This document shows, in pieces, positions 62,930 through 64,000 of a stretch of 64,000 nt of DNA. The notes beneath the pieces are model-generated. The model searched no databases, was not told where the DNA came from, and saw only the letters and a list, made by a program, of their open reading frames with translations. The position numbers and the translations under genes are program-made. Numbering within the stretch: the first letter of the stretch is position 1; every line of letters begins with the position of its first letter. The stretch comes from Pristiophorus japonicus. Lineage: Eukaryota. The stretch covers positions 5,394,001 to 5,458,000 of the forward strand of contig NC_092006.1 in the NCBI RefSeq assembly GCF_044704955.1, read 5' to 3'.

Positions 62930-63301
62930 TTAAAAACAATTATCCATATAATCTTTATCCCAAGTGGGGTCCCCTGTCCCATTTTTGGTGGTCTGTCTCC
63001 ATTCCTCAATTAAGGACAATTTAAAACTTCCTCCATATGGCCAATCCCCATCAGACCAACCGTACAAATCTCTACTAAACGTTACCGCGTATCTGTCGTC
63101 TCCTGTGTCTTTAATTACAGTGTCCGCCGGCGAGCCGGGCGGCACGATGGGATCTCCTACCTTCTCTCGTTGCTTTGCTACCTTACGGATTCTTTTCTCA
63201 GTCTTAGGATGTACTTTCATTCTTTCAGTCGAGAGGTCGTCCTTCTTTCCTTTTCTAGGAGCTGGGCGCGAGCGCCCTGCTCGACTAGAGCCGTTTCCCA
63301 T
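62930..63301 (-). pseudogene. gag: ERV gag N-terminal remnant (most of the capsid is deleted or disrupted)
   Basis: Myristoylation-type start MGNGSS and a WPYGGSF matrix-like motif. The probable gag amber stop TAG-GGA is at 62552-62554. Confidence 0.7.
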
Positions 63302-63617
63302 TCTGCCGGGTGCAACGTCTCGCGATCTTTTCTGAAATGAGAGTTAGGACAATCCTACAAAATATACAATAATTTACAAAGCGCTCACCGGTGTTCTCTT
63401 TTCTGCTCAGCTCGGGGTCTCCTTTCTCCTTTTTGTTATTTTAGCTTCTTTGCGGTAGCTACCTTATGCCTCACCCCCCCCAGGGGATCTCGGCGGCCCG
63501 TCCCCCTTTTGCTAGGACGGCCTTGGCACCTTCCTCCTTTCAGCTAGGAAGGTCCTTAAAATTCCTCTTTTCTCTTTAAAAGTTAAATTTAATTCTTTTG
63601 GATCTCGTTTTTTAGAG

Positions 63618-63636
63618 ATCCTGCCGGACTACGCCA
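63618..63636 (-). promoter_or_regulatory. Primer-binding site, tRNA-Ser
   Basis: TGGCGTAGTCCGGCAGGAT is complementary to the vertebrate tRNA-Ser 3' end (ATCCTGCCGACTACGCCA), with one extra base. Confidence 0.85.
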
Positions 63637-63641
63637 GAATC

Positions 63642-64000
63642 TGTCGAGGAAATATTTAGCTTAAATTAACTCAGGCGGAGACTTTCAGAAGTGCACTTCG
63701 AGAGAATTTATTTTAAAAAGCGAGATAAATCTCGGAGAGCCTGCTTGGACCGTACCAAGGCAAAAACTCTGCCGTACAGGCAAATTGTCCCTATCTTTAT
63801 ACAGAAATTGAATACAGAAATATAAAAGGAATCTTATTCATTAGTCCCGCGAGTACAAAGGTCGTCTCGGGAGGTACACACTCTATCTGTCCTTGCATAG
63901 TTTCTTTCTGTTCACAGTCTGATAAGCAGAATAAAAGGAGACTCCCTTTTAATCCCAGATGGTCATTTAATTGCATCTCTAAGTTTCAAGGCTAAAAAAG
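63642..64000 (-). repeat. ERV 5' LTR (partial)
   Basis: Matches 52950-53195 plus 56746-56858, with 5 substitutions in ~360 nt by hand. Ends in CA next to the PBS. Confidence 0.92.

Larger units (their letters stand above)
52950..64000 (-). mobile_element. Defective endogenous retrovirus (LTR-gag-pro-pol-env-LTR), 5' LTR running off the window
   Basis: Paired LTRs, PBS, PPT, and gag/protease/RT/RNase H/integrase/env remnants. Confidence 0.95.

Overview
Eukaryotic DNA, most likely from a shark. The basis is the repeat content: abundant CR1/HER1-like LINE fragments and Deu-domain tRNA SINEs of the SacSINE1 type. There are two assembly gaps. Hidden among the repeats is a cluster of three intact, spliced, non-rearranging antigen-receptor-like genes. 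Each has leader / germline-joined VJ exon / C1-set exon / TM exon / cytoplasmic exon(s) ending in a T-x-Y-A-x-L motif. Gene A is 2237-9984 (-), gene B is 14440-24510 (-) and gene C is 31507-38958 (+). I reconstructed all exons by hand with GT-AG boundaries and matching phases. B and C lie head-to-head in a large inverted duplication and share near-identical ectodomain exons. B's TM and tail instead resemble A, so B looks chimeric, and the loss of one cytoplasmic exon in B is frame-compensated. The right end (52950->64000, minus strand) is a defective endogenous retrovirus. It has a tRNA-Ser PBS, a CNPase-like 2H-phosphoesterase between protease and RT, internal deletions, a non-gamma-type env and a small TM ORF. 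A near full-length CR1 LINE has inserted into its 3' LTR. Repeat boundaries are approximate. Family names come from recognition, not from database searches.
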